Source of the DNA: Podospora anserina
Lineage: Eukaryota
Length of the DNA stretch: 64,000 bases
Direction of reading: 5' to 3'
Assembly (NCBI GenBank): GCA_017654855.1
Contig: CM030333.1
Location: 4,650,001 to 4,714,000 of the forward strand
Both the position numbers and the translations under genes were made by a program. Below the pieces are notes generated by a model. The model was not told the origin of the DNA. It made no database searches and was given only the letters and a program-made list of their open reading frames with translations. Numbering within the stretch: the stretch's first letter is position 1; each line of letters starts with the position of its first letter. Positions 25,301 through 37,743 of this stretch are shown piece after piece.

Positions 25301-28300
25301 CCTCAGTAGAGTTATCGGTGTCGGTTTCTTTTTTCTACTGCTGGGTAGCGACACCACTCGGTATTCGTCACACCATTTCAGAAGATGGGAAGAGTGCTCA
25401 AAGTGCTGCGAGCTATTCTCTTCATGTTTGCTATGTTGGCAAATGGCTTCGCGTTAGATCGCCTGTCACAAGAAAAAAAAGGAACCGGCAGGGGGGTGTA
25501 TGAGAGGGGCTGCCGGGAGTTGTCCGATTTGAATCCGATCGAGCCTAGGCCCAGCCAGCCCAAGGGAAGTAGGTGAGCGTACCTTGAGCAGTATCACCAA
25601 CAAGATTAGGACTACCCTCGTCGAAACAGCATCAGAAACCAAACACAAGTTTGTCGAACCAGTATAGGTTGTGGTGATATCCATTCATGACAGTAGTCTG
25701 AAGTGATGGTGGACAGAAAGCTTGTCTCCATGTCGAGTGGGCGAGTGGGCGGAAGATGGTCCGAGTTGCGATTGGCTCTTCTGGCTCCTGGAGGGGTGTT
25801 TCAGAAGAAGGAAGCTCACCACTGCCCAGCAACCACCTGAAGATGGAGAGCGGGCAATGCAGGGGACGAGATAGGGTGCGTCTACAGATGTTTCAGCGGG
25901 CTCCCCAGTTCATGCGAAGAAGAAAAAGCCAAAGTCTGGGTCGCCAAGACTCCTTCCCGCAGCGGGCGGGAGGCCCACTCTTGATGACCCGGAGAGGGCC
26001 TACTAACCTTGAGTATAGGTGATTTGAATAGGGATAGGTAATAGTATTGGATACTGAAGAAAGTGATATCAACAGGCTACCTACGGTCACGGTACTAAAT
26101 GGACACTTCTCACCTTCCTAGTTGCTCTGGCACACGTCGCTTCCCCTGCTAGGTTCCTACTCTTGACAGGCCGCTGGCGACCCCACCCACTAAACCTTCG
26201 TCCACCAGCTTTCCACTGTGGCAGGTGCGTCTTGGACGATCATTCATTCATGCTTTGCCATGTCTCTTCTGACGGCCCTTGGAACCCGGCGTGCCCGGAG
26301 ACCCCTTTCTTGTTCTCGAAGCTTCAGATTCCCTTGTCGTCGATCAGGCTCTGGAAGCGCACCAACAAGCGAAGGTAACAACATTTCGACCCTGGACCGA
26401 TTGAACCGGCTGGGCTGTCTTGACCTCGAAATAAGGTTGGTTCGTGTGTTTTTGGGAACCTGGGAATCTCTATCTGAATCCCTCGTTTGTGGGTGACACG
26501 AGAATACGGGTGCCTAATTGTCGATCCAGGACAGACAGTTCAAAAATAGCATACGGCATGTTTCTGGAATACTCAGGGAGCCCTCATGCGGAAGCGAGGC
26601 TCAGCTCCGTATCTTTGCCGGCCGCTCCCCTCTACATCCATCACCTCACCTCAGTCGGCCCCGGCCATGGTCCGAATCGTAGCCTCGGATGAGAAACGTT
26701 CAATCAACTACTGTCCCCCGAGTGCAAAGCTTGTTTCTGGCCTTCGGACAATTCTCAACGTCTCGGGCATCACAACATGCCGACTCTGCACAAATCGTCC
26801 TAGCAAGATGCCACACAAGAAACATGCAACACGAGGCACAGGAATATCAAGCAGGTGGCCCCACCCGAACAAACTCTCCGCCGTGTTCCTCGTCTTCGGT
26901 GATACAAGCTCAACTACCAGCCAGCTCTCTTCAGGAAACAGAGCCCGACCCAGTATTCATTCGGGCCATGGCTCCCAAACACATTTGGCATCTCCGATAG
27001 CGCTCCCAGTGCGGCACCTCAGTGGAGCGTTACTCTTTGGAAGCTAAACATAGTTTTTCTAGTATGTGACTAGGTAGACAGTCACATTGAGCATCCCTCC
27101 CCTAAGCATATCGATCCATCGCGCATTCCCAAGCATGCAACCTGGATCTGGAGAATGAGATATCTCTGAAAGTCCCGGCCGAATAAAGCCAGTTGCAAGA
27201 CCGGACGAGATGACTGTGCCACTCAAACCCCGGAATCAGTTCGGACTCTTGATCTAGGCATCTGGCAAAGTCGCCCTACGCCCCCTTTGCGCGGCTTGGA
27301 ACCGAGACGGCACTGTGCCACCGATGGGGATGCCAAAGTCTAAGATTGACAAGTGTTGCGTGGTGTTGTGGTCTCGAAACGGTACACAAAACGGCAGAAA
27401 ATATCCTCCGATTTCACCTTCCTATAGGCCATACGAAAAGCTGATGAAAGCCACGTCCCAAGTCACAAACGGATGTTCGGGTAGGGATGCAAGTTTGGCT
27501 ACTGACAAGGCGACCAGCGGCCAAGCATGGGAACTTCTGATCTGCTGGTCATATCGTCCCCGGCGATGACACTAACTGGACTCTTCCAGGTTCACCATCC
27601 ACACACTTCGATGCACAACATTCAAGACACACAGGGGTTCATCTCGCGGTCTGGTGTCTGCGGAGAATTTCCTACCCGGTTGCGTGTCAGACGGGTGGCC
27701 GCTGTTGTAATGCATGCGGTCAACTTGGAAGTAACAAAGACAGGGCGGCTTTCCTGCCCGGGGAGAGAGCAACCGGGCCTCATGGCCGAGGGGAAGGGGG
27801 TGGATGATGTGGCAATGATCCGATGTGATGATGTGTAGTGCGGAAGATCGGATCGGGGGGTGCCTGCTCCTCAACCGATCGAATAAATGATATCGATGAC
27901 AGTCTCTCTACATCAGACGACCGTCAGATGGAGACCCAAAGGGGGGTCACAACATTCCCCCCCTTTTCTCCTGCTTGCCGACTTACAACACCCGCATTCT
28001 GTTCCCCTCACGGCAGAGTTTCTCTTCCAGTAAGAGACTTGGATTGTAACTGCTGCTCCCCGCCGACCCCGCGTCAAGCAGCGTGGCGTTATGTATCTGT
28101 ACGATACTGCTGTTGCCCGCCACGCTTGCACCAAACTGGAAGGCAACACATGATGGCTGCCCCTTGGTCTGGCCGGACGGACGGGGAATAGCAGCCGATA
28201 ATGATGATGGATACAATGGGTTCTGGAACCACGTTGCGATTTCCCATGTACGCATCGGAAGTCGGAAGCCAACGCCCCCCCCCCCAACAGTCAGTAGGTA

Positions 28301-30341
28301 TTCGGAGACTTGCGTCTAGGATTAGCTTGCCCCTTTTCTTGCTTCCCCTCTATCCACACGACCTGCGGACCATGACTTCACAATGAGCCGGAAGGGGTGC
28401 TCTGAAAGAGTGGAGAAGGGTGTGTACATATGTGAAGGTACAGTACCTTGATGTTGTGTAATCGCCTACTTGCCATCCGAGTCAGGCCAACGTGGGAGGG
28501 TTGGCGGCTGACTGATTCTCTGTGTGTGTGAGGTGTTCATGGATTTGTTGGGGATGTAACTGATCAGGCTGAAGACTGCTGGGCGGGTCGTATTGTTCAG
28601 ATTGATGTGTAGAGCCGCATGGTGTTCGGATGCTTGTAGTTTGGGCCGCGTGCGCTTGTTGCCTCTTTGCACACTCCCTTCGAGAGATGGGTTGTCTCCC
28701 CTTCTTGCAGTGTCTTGTCGCCTGGATTTTTTCCAAGAGCATCAATCAGAGAGGAAAATGGCTCGGCCAAAGTCAGACTTGGTATTCGATTTGGTGTGTG
28801 GTTCTTAAACCGTCGGGTTGTCTTTCATGATACAGTGGGCGCAAGTATCGGATAGACTTCGTGTTTCATGAAGGTGTGATTTCCCTTTAGTTTCCTCAGC
28901 CGCAGATTCATGATATTCCTAGAGATACGCTGGCCAGACCAACGCCATTACTTGATCCAGATCTTGCCAGTGAGGGTATAGGCCATTATTTTGTTGTAAA
29001 TAGCTGTGGTCAGCTTCCGACATAATTGCCCGGTCAAAAGCCCAGACCTGTTGAAAGCTTTGTAGCTGGAAGACTGGCATAGACACAAAAGACTCTAGGC
29101 ATACACGGCAGCAACAGGTGTTCCATTTGGGCTGTGGAGCATCTGATATTTTTGACTCGGCATGATTAGATATAGGTGCCTTTATTTCATTGTTGATCTA
29201 CCAGTTTCATTTTTTAATAGAGCCCTTGATTACCTGCCAGGTCTGCAAATAACCGTGGTACCTCATTCACCACAACCTCAACTACTTCAAGATCCTCTAG
29301 ACACTTCTCTTTTCAACAGCCGCGTCTCCGTGCCATCTCGAATACGATGATCCAAATACCTCTAACCAGAAAGCAGATAAACTTCAAGGCCCAAACTGAA
29401 TCCCCAAAACTCCACCGGAAAAGCACCCAACAGCCGCCACAGTGTCTGTTACTGTTATCCCAGCATTTCCCGCCCAGATTATCGAAGCGATCGAGGCTAT
29501 TGCCGAGCTCGAAACTGTCGAGCCTATGCCCGCCCCAGCAGCGCGAGCGAGCGCACCCGTAGACACTGTAGGCACTGAGCGAAGGAAGTCTGTACTGTGT
29601 CATGAGGTGACATTCGGCCAAAGTCTCGGTTAGCCAAACCAGCGTTCGACTCCCAGGTCGATCACGCATGTTGTATTATTTGGAACGAGGGTGCTCGCAT
29701 ACGGCATCAGAAAGTTTGTACCATATCTGATCTTGGACAGCAACCTTGAAACCGTGAGACTCTAACCATTCGGATTTTTCACGAAGAGGTTGTCCAAAAA
29801 AAATCAGGAGTGAAAGTTACATTTGTCAAGCCAAACACACCAATACTTGTCTCCCAATAGCATACTCCTCTTTCAGTGAGCATCCAGCACCCCCTATCCC
29901 TAGTAACAAGTCAACAAGCTCCCCTACAGCTGCCTGCCAAGCTTCACACCACTCAACTTTCTAATCACCACCCCTCAACTGATCTTTCAAAACTCCTTGA
30001 ATGCTCCCTGAAGCCCTTGAATCCACACCCGATTAGAATCATCACCCAGTCTCCCAACACTTGCCGTAATTTTCCTCCTCCCAACAATAATCTACCGCCA
30101 CAACACACACACAACCCCCCATCCCCATTGAATCTTCCATCCTCCAAACCAAACTCATCCCGTTCCTTGATGATGATGTGCTTCTAAAGACAATGGACCA
30201 TCAAGCCGTCTTGCGCCCCCTCATCCCTTTCACAGTCGCCACTTGGTATTTGTGTACAGTGATGGCGTATGGAATGGTAACCGGGATCCCGTGTACGCCA
30301 TCAGTCCGGATGGATGGCATGGCCGGCTTGTCGAAAGCCTC

Positions 30342-30443
30342 GGCCAGGAAGCCCCAATGGCCAGGAAGCCCCAATGGCCAGGAAGCCCCAATGGCCAGGA
30401 AGCCCCAATGGCCAGGAAGCCCCAATGGCGAGGAAGCCCCAAT
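30342..30443. repeat. 17-bp minisatellite (GGCCAGGAAGCCCCAAT) x6
   Basis: Five perfect copies plus one copy with a C>G change, head-to-tail with no spacers. Confidence 0.97.
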
Positions 30444-31339
30444 GCGTATCGAGCAATAAACTTGCCGTGGCAGGGCAGCAGCCCGTTGGGGGACACGCGA
30501 GGTTGGTGTCTGCGGTGTCTGTATGCTCCCGTGGTGCGAGGTTCTCTCAGGCAAGGGAGAGAGAAAAGGTAGGTAGGAAGGTGGTTGTTGGGTAAGTAGG
30601 TGGGAGGCGTGCAAGAACTGGTTGGTGTGAGGTGGACGAGGTAAGGTAAGCTAAGGTGACCTTGATTCTCTGGGAAGGTCAGGAAAAATTTGTGGTTGTT
30701 TGAGTATATATAGAAGGGGGGAAACGAGTTCAAAGACAAACGCAAGGCTGAAAATGGAGAAATTATGAGTTCAAAAACAAACACATTGCTGAAAATGCAG
30801 AAGGAAAAGAATGGTGTTGGAGAAGAATGTCCGGGGGGTGATCGGATGGCCAGGAGTTGGATTATATGCTTTGGCCGGACAGGACAAACACTACCTAAGG
30901 TAGACTTGGGAAGAATATCCAGACAGAACCAGCCAGTTAGACCCTGGAAAAAGACAAACAGGAGAGTGTGAACAGCACTGACCCGGACAGTCACCAAATC
31001 ACAACACATATGCCTCAGACGGATAGGGCAAACAAATAGATTTGGGAATGCAGTCGAGCAGAACCAGCCAGTCAACTGAAAGCAAGGAGGAAAGCAGACC
31101 GGCAAGAGAAGACATCGGACAACCACGTGTTTCAAAACCCGTTCACAAGCAGCGGTTAGCGACAACCTGCAAACATCACCGCCAGCACAGCATTCGAACA
31201 GCAAGATCATCTTCATCATCCAATCCATTCTTTCTCCGAATACTCTCAGAGTTATCTAATTACCCAAAAAAATAATGAACCACGCAAAAAGCTTTATCAC
31301 AAAATCAGAAAGACAAGAAAACCCCTTTTCATGCGCCCC

Positions 31340-33103
31340 TTAATGGAACTGATCCTCCGTCACACCCTTACCCATAGCAGCCGTACTGCTAATACCACCA
31401 GTCACCATCTTCTGCAGCTCGTCCACGTACGTGGCACCCGACCACTTCTGATGCTTGACCACATCCACACCGCCCTCCATCTCAGGCTCCTGCACCAGCT
31501 CGCCATACGCCCTCATGCCAATCTTGCTGTACGCGCTGGCAAACTTGTCGCTGATAAGGGCGGTGGTGTGAAGACCAGCGAGGGTGATGAACTGCCAGCA
31601 GTAACCCAGGCCAGCCAGGCGTCTGATGTAGGTCTCCTGCTCCTCTCTGGGCATGGCGGTCTTCCAGTTGAAAGAGGGAGACAGGTTGTAGGCGAGCTTC
31701 TGCTCGGGCCAGACGGCGTGGACGCCCTTGGCGAACTCCTCGGCCTGCTTGTAGTCGGGGAGCTTGGACTCCATCCAGATGGCGTCGCAGTAAGGGGCGT
31801 AGGCGATGGCGCGGTTGATGGAGCAGTCGCAGCCGCCCTCGAGACGGTAGTAGCCCTCGCGGGTGCGGGGGGCGTCCCAGTTGAAGTAAATGTCCTTGCC
31901 GAGGATGCCGCGGGCGACGGCGCGGGCCTCCTTGTTGGAGAGCTGCTTGCCGTTGACGCTGTCGCGGTACTTTTGGGCGAGGGCCTTCTGGTTGGGGAGG
32001 TTGGAGGAGAGGATGGCGTCCACGACGTGGTCGTCGAAGCGCTTGAGGTTGGCCTTGGCGAGCCACTGGTCCTCGATGGCCTGGAGCTCGGCGCCGTTCT
32101 TGCCGGCCTTCTCACCAGCAATCATGAGCTCGTTGAGGTCGGGGAGGTCGGCGTTGTTGGTGCCGAGGATGAAGGCGTGGTCGCGGGGATCGATGGTGGT
32201 GGTGATGAGGGTGGCAGCCTCGGCATCAGTACGGGCAATGGCCAGGAGGTCAGAGCCCATGATGTCGGCCTGGGCACGGATGGCAATCAGACGGTTGATG
32301 TGCTCGGAGATGGGGACGAGAACCTTGCCGGCCATGTGGCCGCACTTCTTGGTGCCAGGGGCCTGATCCTCGATGTGAATACCGGCAGCACCCTTCTCAA
32401 TGAAGAGCTTGGTGAGCTTCATGACGGCGGTAAGACCACCGTGACCGGTATCGGCATCGGCGATGATGGGACGGAGGTAGTCGATGTTGGCGAGCTTGGC
32501 GCGCTGCGCCTTGGGAACGGAGAGACGCTCCTGACGCTGCTTGCGGTCGTGGAAAAGCTGGGCCATGAAGAGATGGCCGACCTTGTTGGGGACGGTAGTC
32601 TGGTTCAGTCAGTATTTTGCTGCTCTCGTCATCTCCATGTCACCACACTCACATAAGGGTAATCAGCAAGATCCGGGCCGGGCTCGTCAGAGGCAGAGGC
32701 CGTTGATGATGATTGCCAGCCGGAAACATAGACTGTGTCGAGGTACTTGGCCATTTGGGTCACCATTGTTGGCTCCAAGCAGCCGTATGTGTAACTGGCA
32801 TCCTTGTTCTGTTTTCGAGTCAAGTCAGCGTCGGCTCTTCGGTCATCTTTGTTGACATGACAGTAAACATACCTGGAACCGCCCCTCAAGAATCTTCCAC
32901 AGCTTCTTGGCCTGGGCATTGCTGGCATACTCGATCTTGAGGTTGCCTCTCTTGTTGACGATCTGCTCAGCGGTAAAAGGGCGCTTGGTGTACCGCCATC
33001 TTGGCTCGCTCCACCACTTCTTGACCTCGGCCACCTCCTTCGCGAAGAGCTCGTCCTCAATGTTGGGGTCCACGGCGGGATTGACCATGTTGTTGGCAGC
33101 CAT
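31340..33103 (-). CDS. ICL1: Isocitrate lyase (glyoxylate cycle)
   Basis: ATG 33103 ([13 protein letters not shown]..), introns 32872-32809 and 32652-32600; [16 protein letters not shown], catalytic [14 protein letters not shown] (ICL rather than methyl-ICL type), C-terminal TEDQFH. Confidence 0.98.
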
Positions 33104-34635
33104 GTTGGGCACGCGGTTTTTAGAATTGGTGATGGGTGGGTGTGGCGTATGTAAGACCGTTTACGGTTTCTTTGTTGTTATGTATAATCCAACCGGTGAT
33201 ATCAGAGCCCTTGTGTATGGGATATGGTGGTGGGTGGGATGGCAGGGAAAAAAGGGGGTATAAGACAAACAACTGCAAGAAAAGTATAACCAGCCGAGGA
33301 AGAATTAGGAGGAGGCAGACGACTAATGTATCTCCCCGGCGGCTTCCAAGAAGGCTTATCGGAACAAGGGGCGCAAAGAAAGGGACGAGGGGTTACCGGG
33401 CTGAGGCAGCGGACATTGGTGTGGGCGTCGGGAGAGATCGGTCTAGCGGCTACTCAAAGTAGCCAGAAGGGGATGTAGTCATTGCCCCTGTTCCCCACGT
33501 TCGTTTCCATACCTTCAATCCGGGTCTGGGGACATGGTCGTCAACTGACTCTTGCTCGCGTGGCTGTTCCACGGATACAAGGAACGGACCGGTCACAAAC
33601 GGTCGAGTCTGTCGGTTTTCTTTTGTGTTAGTGTTCAGAGCGTTGGCCATCATCACCACAAGTCATCAACTCGCTAACCTCTTCCCATTGTTTGCCGTGA
33701 CGACAACGACGTACAAAACATGCCCGCATCGAGTGTCATGTCAGAATCCTTTGAGCCGAGCCATGTTCGCCGCAAGTCCCACTATTTCCCCAACAACGAC
33801 CCCACACTCCACGAATGGATGCAAGCCGCACCGCCGTTGACCGAATTGCCGAACCGATGCCGGGGCCAATGCTGCTGAGCGCTGCCGGAATTCAGGCGTT
33901 GCGATTGGCCTGTTGCGCCCTTTCAGCGGCCCCTCCCCCACAATTGAGCCACTGTAAATTTTCATGGAAAATGGCTGGAGATCTGCGTCTTGGAAAACGT
34001 CAGTCAAAGGCTGGGCGCAATCATCAATTCTGAAAAAAGTCTGGTTCCTTTATTATTTTGGGCTATTTCCCTCCCAGTGCCTCCCACTGGCACTGGTCGC
34101 GTGGCCAGACAGACGTGAATCAATTGACTTTCTGCTCGTTTTGTTGATGTGTCTTGCTGTTTTGCCTCTGGAAACCTCCCCCCGCTGTTTGCGTCCGACT
34201 GTTGCTGGTTGCTGGGCCCATCAATGGCATGTGAAGATGCGTCATAGGTTACAAACGGACTCGTACCTGGCTGTAACATTTCGACTGCCCCACCTTTCGC
34301 GGCTCGCCAATATCTCCGTGATTGGCCATTCCCCTTTGGACCGCTTCGACCTCGGTCAACTTTATGTCAGCTGCCACTTCAGCCCGGCCCAGCGACAACG
34401 AGCTCCTCCGCTGTAGCCGTCTGGGACCGACGGGGCGCCGACCAAGCTCCGTCTCGAAACGGTGCTCGGCCATCACATGCAGCACTCAAGCCACGAGAAA
34501 GCACATGTCTAGTGCTGCTGGGTCCTGGCCGTTGAGGTTCACCCCAGGCACCTGAAACCGAATTGGAACAGTCACAAACTTTCTGTCTGGACTCTGAACA
34601 AAAAACCATGCTCATGATTCGGGGGTATCTCAATC

Positions 34636-37600
34636 TCAAAGCTCATCATCCTCATCGTTGTCAGAAAGAAATATCGTCGGCCTCGGCGGGGCAGGAAGGG
34701 TATTCCCAGCGTCCTCATGTACAACGGGACCGTTGCCTTCTCCCTTTCTCATGACCCCCTCCAGCTGAGCACCATACTCCATGACAGCGTCATCTTCTAT
34801 ACTAACAATCGATGGCGATGGCTGCTCCTGTGCCTCAATGACCCTTAGCTCGTCCAGCTCCTTCTCCAAAAGCTTCGCCTCCCTCGACCGATAGAATGTC
34901 TCCAGGCAGTTTCGTCTCTGCTCCTGTGTCCAGCTCTCGACCACCAGCGCAAAACCAGTCGCATTCGCAAACCCAAACTCTTTTGCCATCGAACAAAACT
35001 GCCGTCTCATTGCAGCTGCCGGCGGGTTGAACTTGTAGTGGACTTTCCACACGCTGTCGGTATCGGGAACACTGTTGGCCTGGCTATCTGCAAATAATGC
35101 GCGGTCGCCTCCCAATTCCTGGCTGTCTTTGTTGGCGGCAAGCTCTGCTCTTCGTGATAGCTTTTCCTCCACGCGACTGGTGCCAACCACTTCCGAGTTC
35201 TCGTGCGTGTATTCAACCCCGGCAGAAGCCAAAATGGCGGCGACGGCATCGCTCTGTGGTTTCTGCGTCTTGCGGCTCTTGAGCATGTCCTCCTTGTTTT
35301 CAATCGTGATGAGCTTTGCCAACTGACTCATGCCCGTCTCGTCGCTGTCGTCCTCCTGCTTGACGAGGTTGATCTCGTCATCTTTGTCCTTTGCCAACTT
35401 CTCCAGGTCAATATCGCTGAGCAGGACACCTGCCTTGGCCTCGGCAACGTTGGTCTTGTTGACGATCTCTCGGAGAACGACCTGGTCGGGGTGGTAGCTA
35501 AGGAGGTTGCCGAGCCCGAATATCTCGCCCTTTCGAGTGCTGTCCTTTTGGACGCCTTTGAAATAACGCCTCTCGTTGGATGCGTTGTATCCAATGTTGG
35601 CTTGTTGTTGTTTGTAGATCTGGCGAGCGTAGACAATCTCCTCGATGGTTCCAGCTGATATCAGTCGGAACACGTCCACATCGCGGATCTGACCAATTCT
35701 GTAAGCTCGGTCTTGGGCCTGGAGATCGTAAGCAGGGTTCCAGTGCGGGTCAAAGATGACAACCTTGTTGGCTGAGGTGATGTTCAGGCCAACGCCACCA
35801 GCTTTAGTCGAAATAAGAAAGACAAACTGAGCAGGGTCTGTGTTGAACTCATCCACCACATTCTGGCGCTCCTCGTAGCTTAGTGAGCCGTCTAAGAAGC
35901 TGACATTGTAATTTGTATTGTTGAATAGGTGCCGGAGGATCCGCAGTAGCCTCACGCTGTGAGAAAAGACGAGGACCTTGTCGCCATTGCTGTGCCAGAA
36001 CTGAAGGAGCTTCTTCAAAACCTTCCACTTGCCGCAGAATTCTGGGTTGGCAAGACTGAGCATCGAATCTCGCTCCTGCCAAAGTTTCTCCCATCCATCG
36101 GGGATGCAGGTGCGGAGAGTGCTGAGCTCCGTACTTTGCTTGTCGTTTGGGTCCGCTGAAGATGGTAGAAGGAGTGTAAGGTGGTTGGCAATTTTCTGAA
36201 GTGTCGTGAGGCATGGAAAGGTAAGACTCTTCCAAGGCCTCCCATCCTCGAGAATCTTGTAGCAACACCACCCCTGTTTTCGTCCAGATGCACACGGGCA
36301 AGGTTCCGATGCGCATATGATGTACTGAACCTGATCACCGTCGATAAAGTTTTGATAGGCGTGGCTCTGAATATCTGTCAAGGGACAAAATACCACCTTA
36401 TCCGACTTTTTCGGAAGCTGGTCAGCGATAAGTGTCTTTATCCGGCGGAGAAAGTAGTCGGGCAGCAGGTTGTGCACCAGCTTCTTTGCTGTTGTCCTGG
36501 CGAGACTAAGCTGTTTGAGGGTCGCCTCGTGAGATTGCCCGACAGTCAAAGGCTTGGTGATGGTGGTGGTCCACTCGGCCAAAGTTCCAAAACGGCCCGG
36601 GTTTGTCCAGTTCAACAGCGTCCACAGCTCCTCGTACTTGTTTTGGATGGCCGTTCCTGTAAGGCCTATCCGGCACATCGCGTTAACGCGACCCATGGCC
36701 CTTGTCGTTTCAGACCGCCTGTCTTTCAACTGATGGCACTCGTCGGCAACCACGCAATCCCAGTCGATAGCATTGACAGCGTCGCAATTGTTCTTGTAGG
36801 TCATGTAGGTCGTGATCATAACCTCAAGCCGCCCTGCTTTGGCCGCACCTAGTACGTCTTCTTTCCCAACGCCATGAAATAGGTCGATATGCCACCAGCC
36901 CCAGCGGTTCAACTCGTTCTTCCAGTTCTGGATCAGTGATCCAGGACAAACAATCAAGACTCTTGGGTACCAACAGCCCCCTGCTCTTCGCATTTTTCTC
37001 ATCCGCTTCGCATCACGCTCGTCTCCAGTTTTCCCAAATGCGGCTGTGAGAAATGCGGCCACTTGTACCGTTTTTCCCAGACCCATGTCATCGCCTAGAA
37101 TGCAGCCTTTCTGGTAGATAAATCTCTGGTGAAGAAACCGTACGCCTTCGACTTGGTAGTCACGCAGGTACTGGGCGATCGAAGCTGGGATGATGCCGGC
37201 TGAATACTCCAACTCAATCTGCTTTTTAGGACGACATGGTTTGATTCCGCTCCTTTCGTCAAATTGTGGCCTTTCTGCATGCTGGAATTGGCGTTCGTCG
37301 TCCGAAAAATACAGTTCCGAATAATCTGGTGGTATCTTGAGTCCTCCGGCTTTAAGCTGTTCCCTGTCTCTGTCGAAGCGCCTCCTTCGCTGCTGTAAGT
37401 ACGCGGGCACCTCTGCCTCTTCATATTCCTGCTGTGTCCCCGGATCTTCGATTTTAATGGTCCTCTTCCTTTCAGACCTGACCCCTCCCCCTCGTCCTGC
37501 CCCCCTTGGCCCTCCCCTTCCCCTGCCGCCAGTGGTTGCGGCAGTGGCACGACGCTTAGTTGCCCGTGGCTGGTTGAGCGCTGTCCCATCATCGGGATCA

Positions 37601-37743
37601 TCTGTCCAAACGACCCTTTCCTCTAGCTCAGGTGGGACCGGTGACTTGCGCTTCCCAAGAGAGTTTGTGACGGCGGGCTGGTCTCCATCAACCGAAGAGG
37701 CTGTAAGGTCGTCATCGGAAATCTCAATCTCATCGCCATCCAT
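34636..37743 (-). CDS. SNF2-family ATPase, Rad26-like/ERCC6L2 type DNA repair protein
   Basis: LRDYQVEG, GCILGDDMGLGKTVQ, VADECH, LTGTAIQN, FLISTKAGGVGLN, WNPAYDLQAQDRAYRIGQ and C-terminal GVEYTHENSEVVGTS (VIGSSK-like). Start placed at MDGDEIEISDDD (37743). Confidence 0.93.
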   Translation of the reverse strand: MDGDEIEISDDDLTASSVDGDQPAVTNSLGKRKSPVPPELEERVVWTDDPDDGTALNQPRATKRRATAATTGGRGRGGPRGAGRGGGVRSERKRTIKIEDPGTQQEYEEAEVPAYLQQRRRRFDRDREQLKAGGLKIPPDYSELYFSDDERQFQHAERPQFDERSGIKPCRPKKQIELEYSAGIIPASIAQYLRDYQVEGVRFLHQRFIYQKGCILGDDMGLGKTVQVAAFLTAAFGKTGDERDAKRMRKMRRAGGCWYPRVLIVCPGSLIQNWKNELNRWGWWHIDLFHGVGKEDVLGAAKAGRLEVMITTYMTYKNNCDAVNAIDWDCVVADECHQLKDRRSETTRAMGRVNAMCRIGLTGTAIQNKYEELWTLLNWTNPGRFGTLAEWTTTITKPLTVGQSHEATLKQLSLARTTAKKLVHNLLPDYFLRRIKTLIADQLPKKSDKVVFCPLTDIQSHAYQNFIDGDQVQYIICASEPCPCASGRKQGWCCYKILEDGRPWKSLTFPCLTTLQKIANHLTLLLPSSADPNDKQSTELSTLRTCIPDGWEKLWQERDSMLSLANPEFCGKWKVLKKLLQFWHSNGDKVLVFSHSVRLLRILRHLFNNTNYNVSFLDGSLSYEERQNVVDEFNTDPAQFVFLISTKAGGVGLNITSANKVVIFDPHWNPAYDLQAQDRAYRIGQIRDVDVFRLISAGTIEEIVYARQIYKQQQANIGYNASNERRYFKGVQKDSTRKGEIFGLGNLLSYHPDQVVLREIVNKTNVAEAKAGVLLSDIDLEKLAKDKDDEINLVKQEDDSDETGMSQLAKLITIENKEDMLKSRKTQKPQSDAVAAILASAGVEYTHENSEVVGTSRVEEKLSRRAELAANKDSQELGGDRALFADSQANSVPDTDSVWKVHYKFNPPAAAMRRQFCSMAKEFGFANATGFALVVESWTQEQRRNCLETFYRSREAKLLEKELDELRVIEAQEQPSPSIVSIEDDAVMEYGAQLEGVMRKGEGNGPVVHEDAGNTLPAPPRPTIFLSDNDEDDEL

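Noticed and set aside
29630-29670. tRNA-like T-loop GTTCGACTCCC
   Set aside because: Flanks do not pair into a T-stem, and there is no cloverleaf or D-arm.
30342-30443. 17-bp repeats as a CRISPR array
   Set aside because: Head-to-tail copies without spacers, eukaryotic context and no cas genes; it is a minisatellite.
31331-32656. 441-aa plus-strand ORF
   Set aside because: Antisense shadow of the strongly codon-biased ICL1 gene; no independent features.
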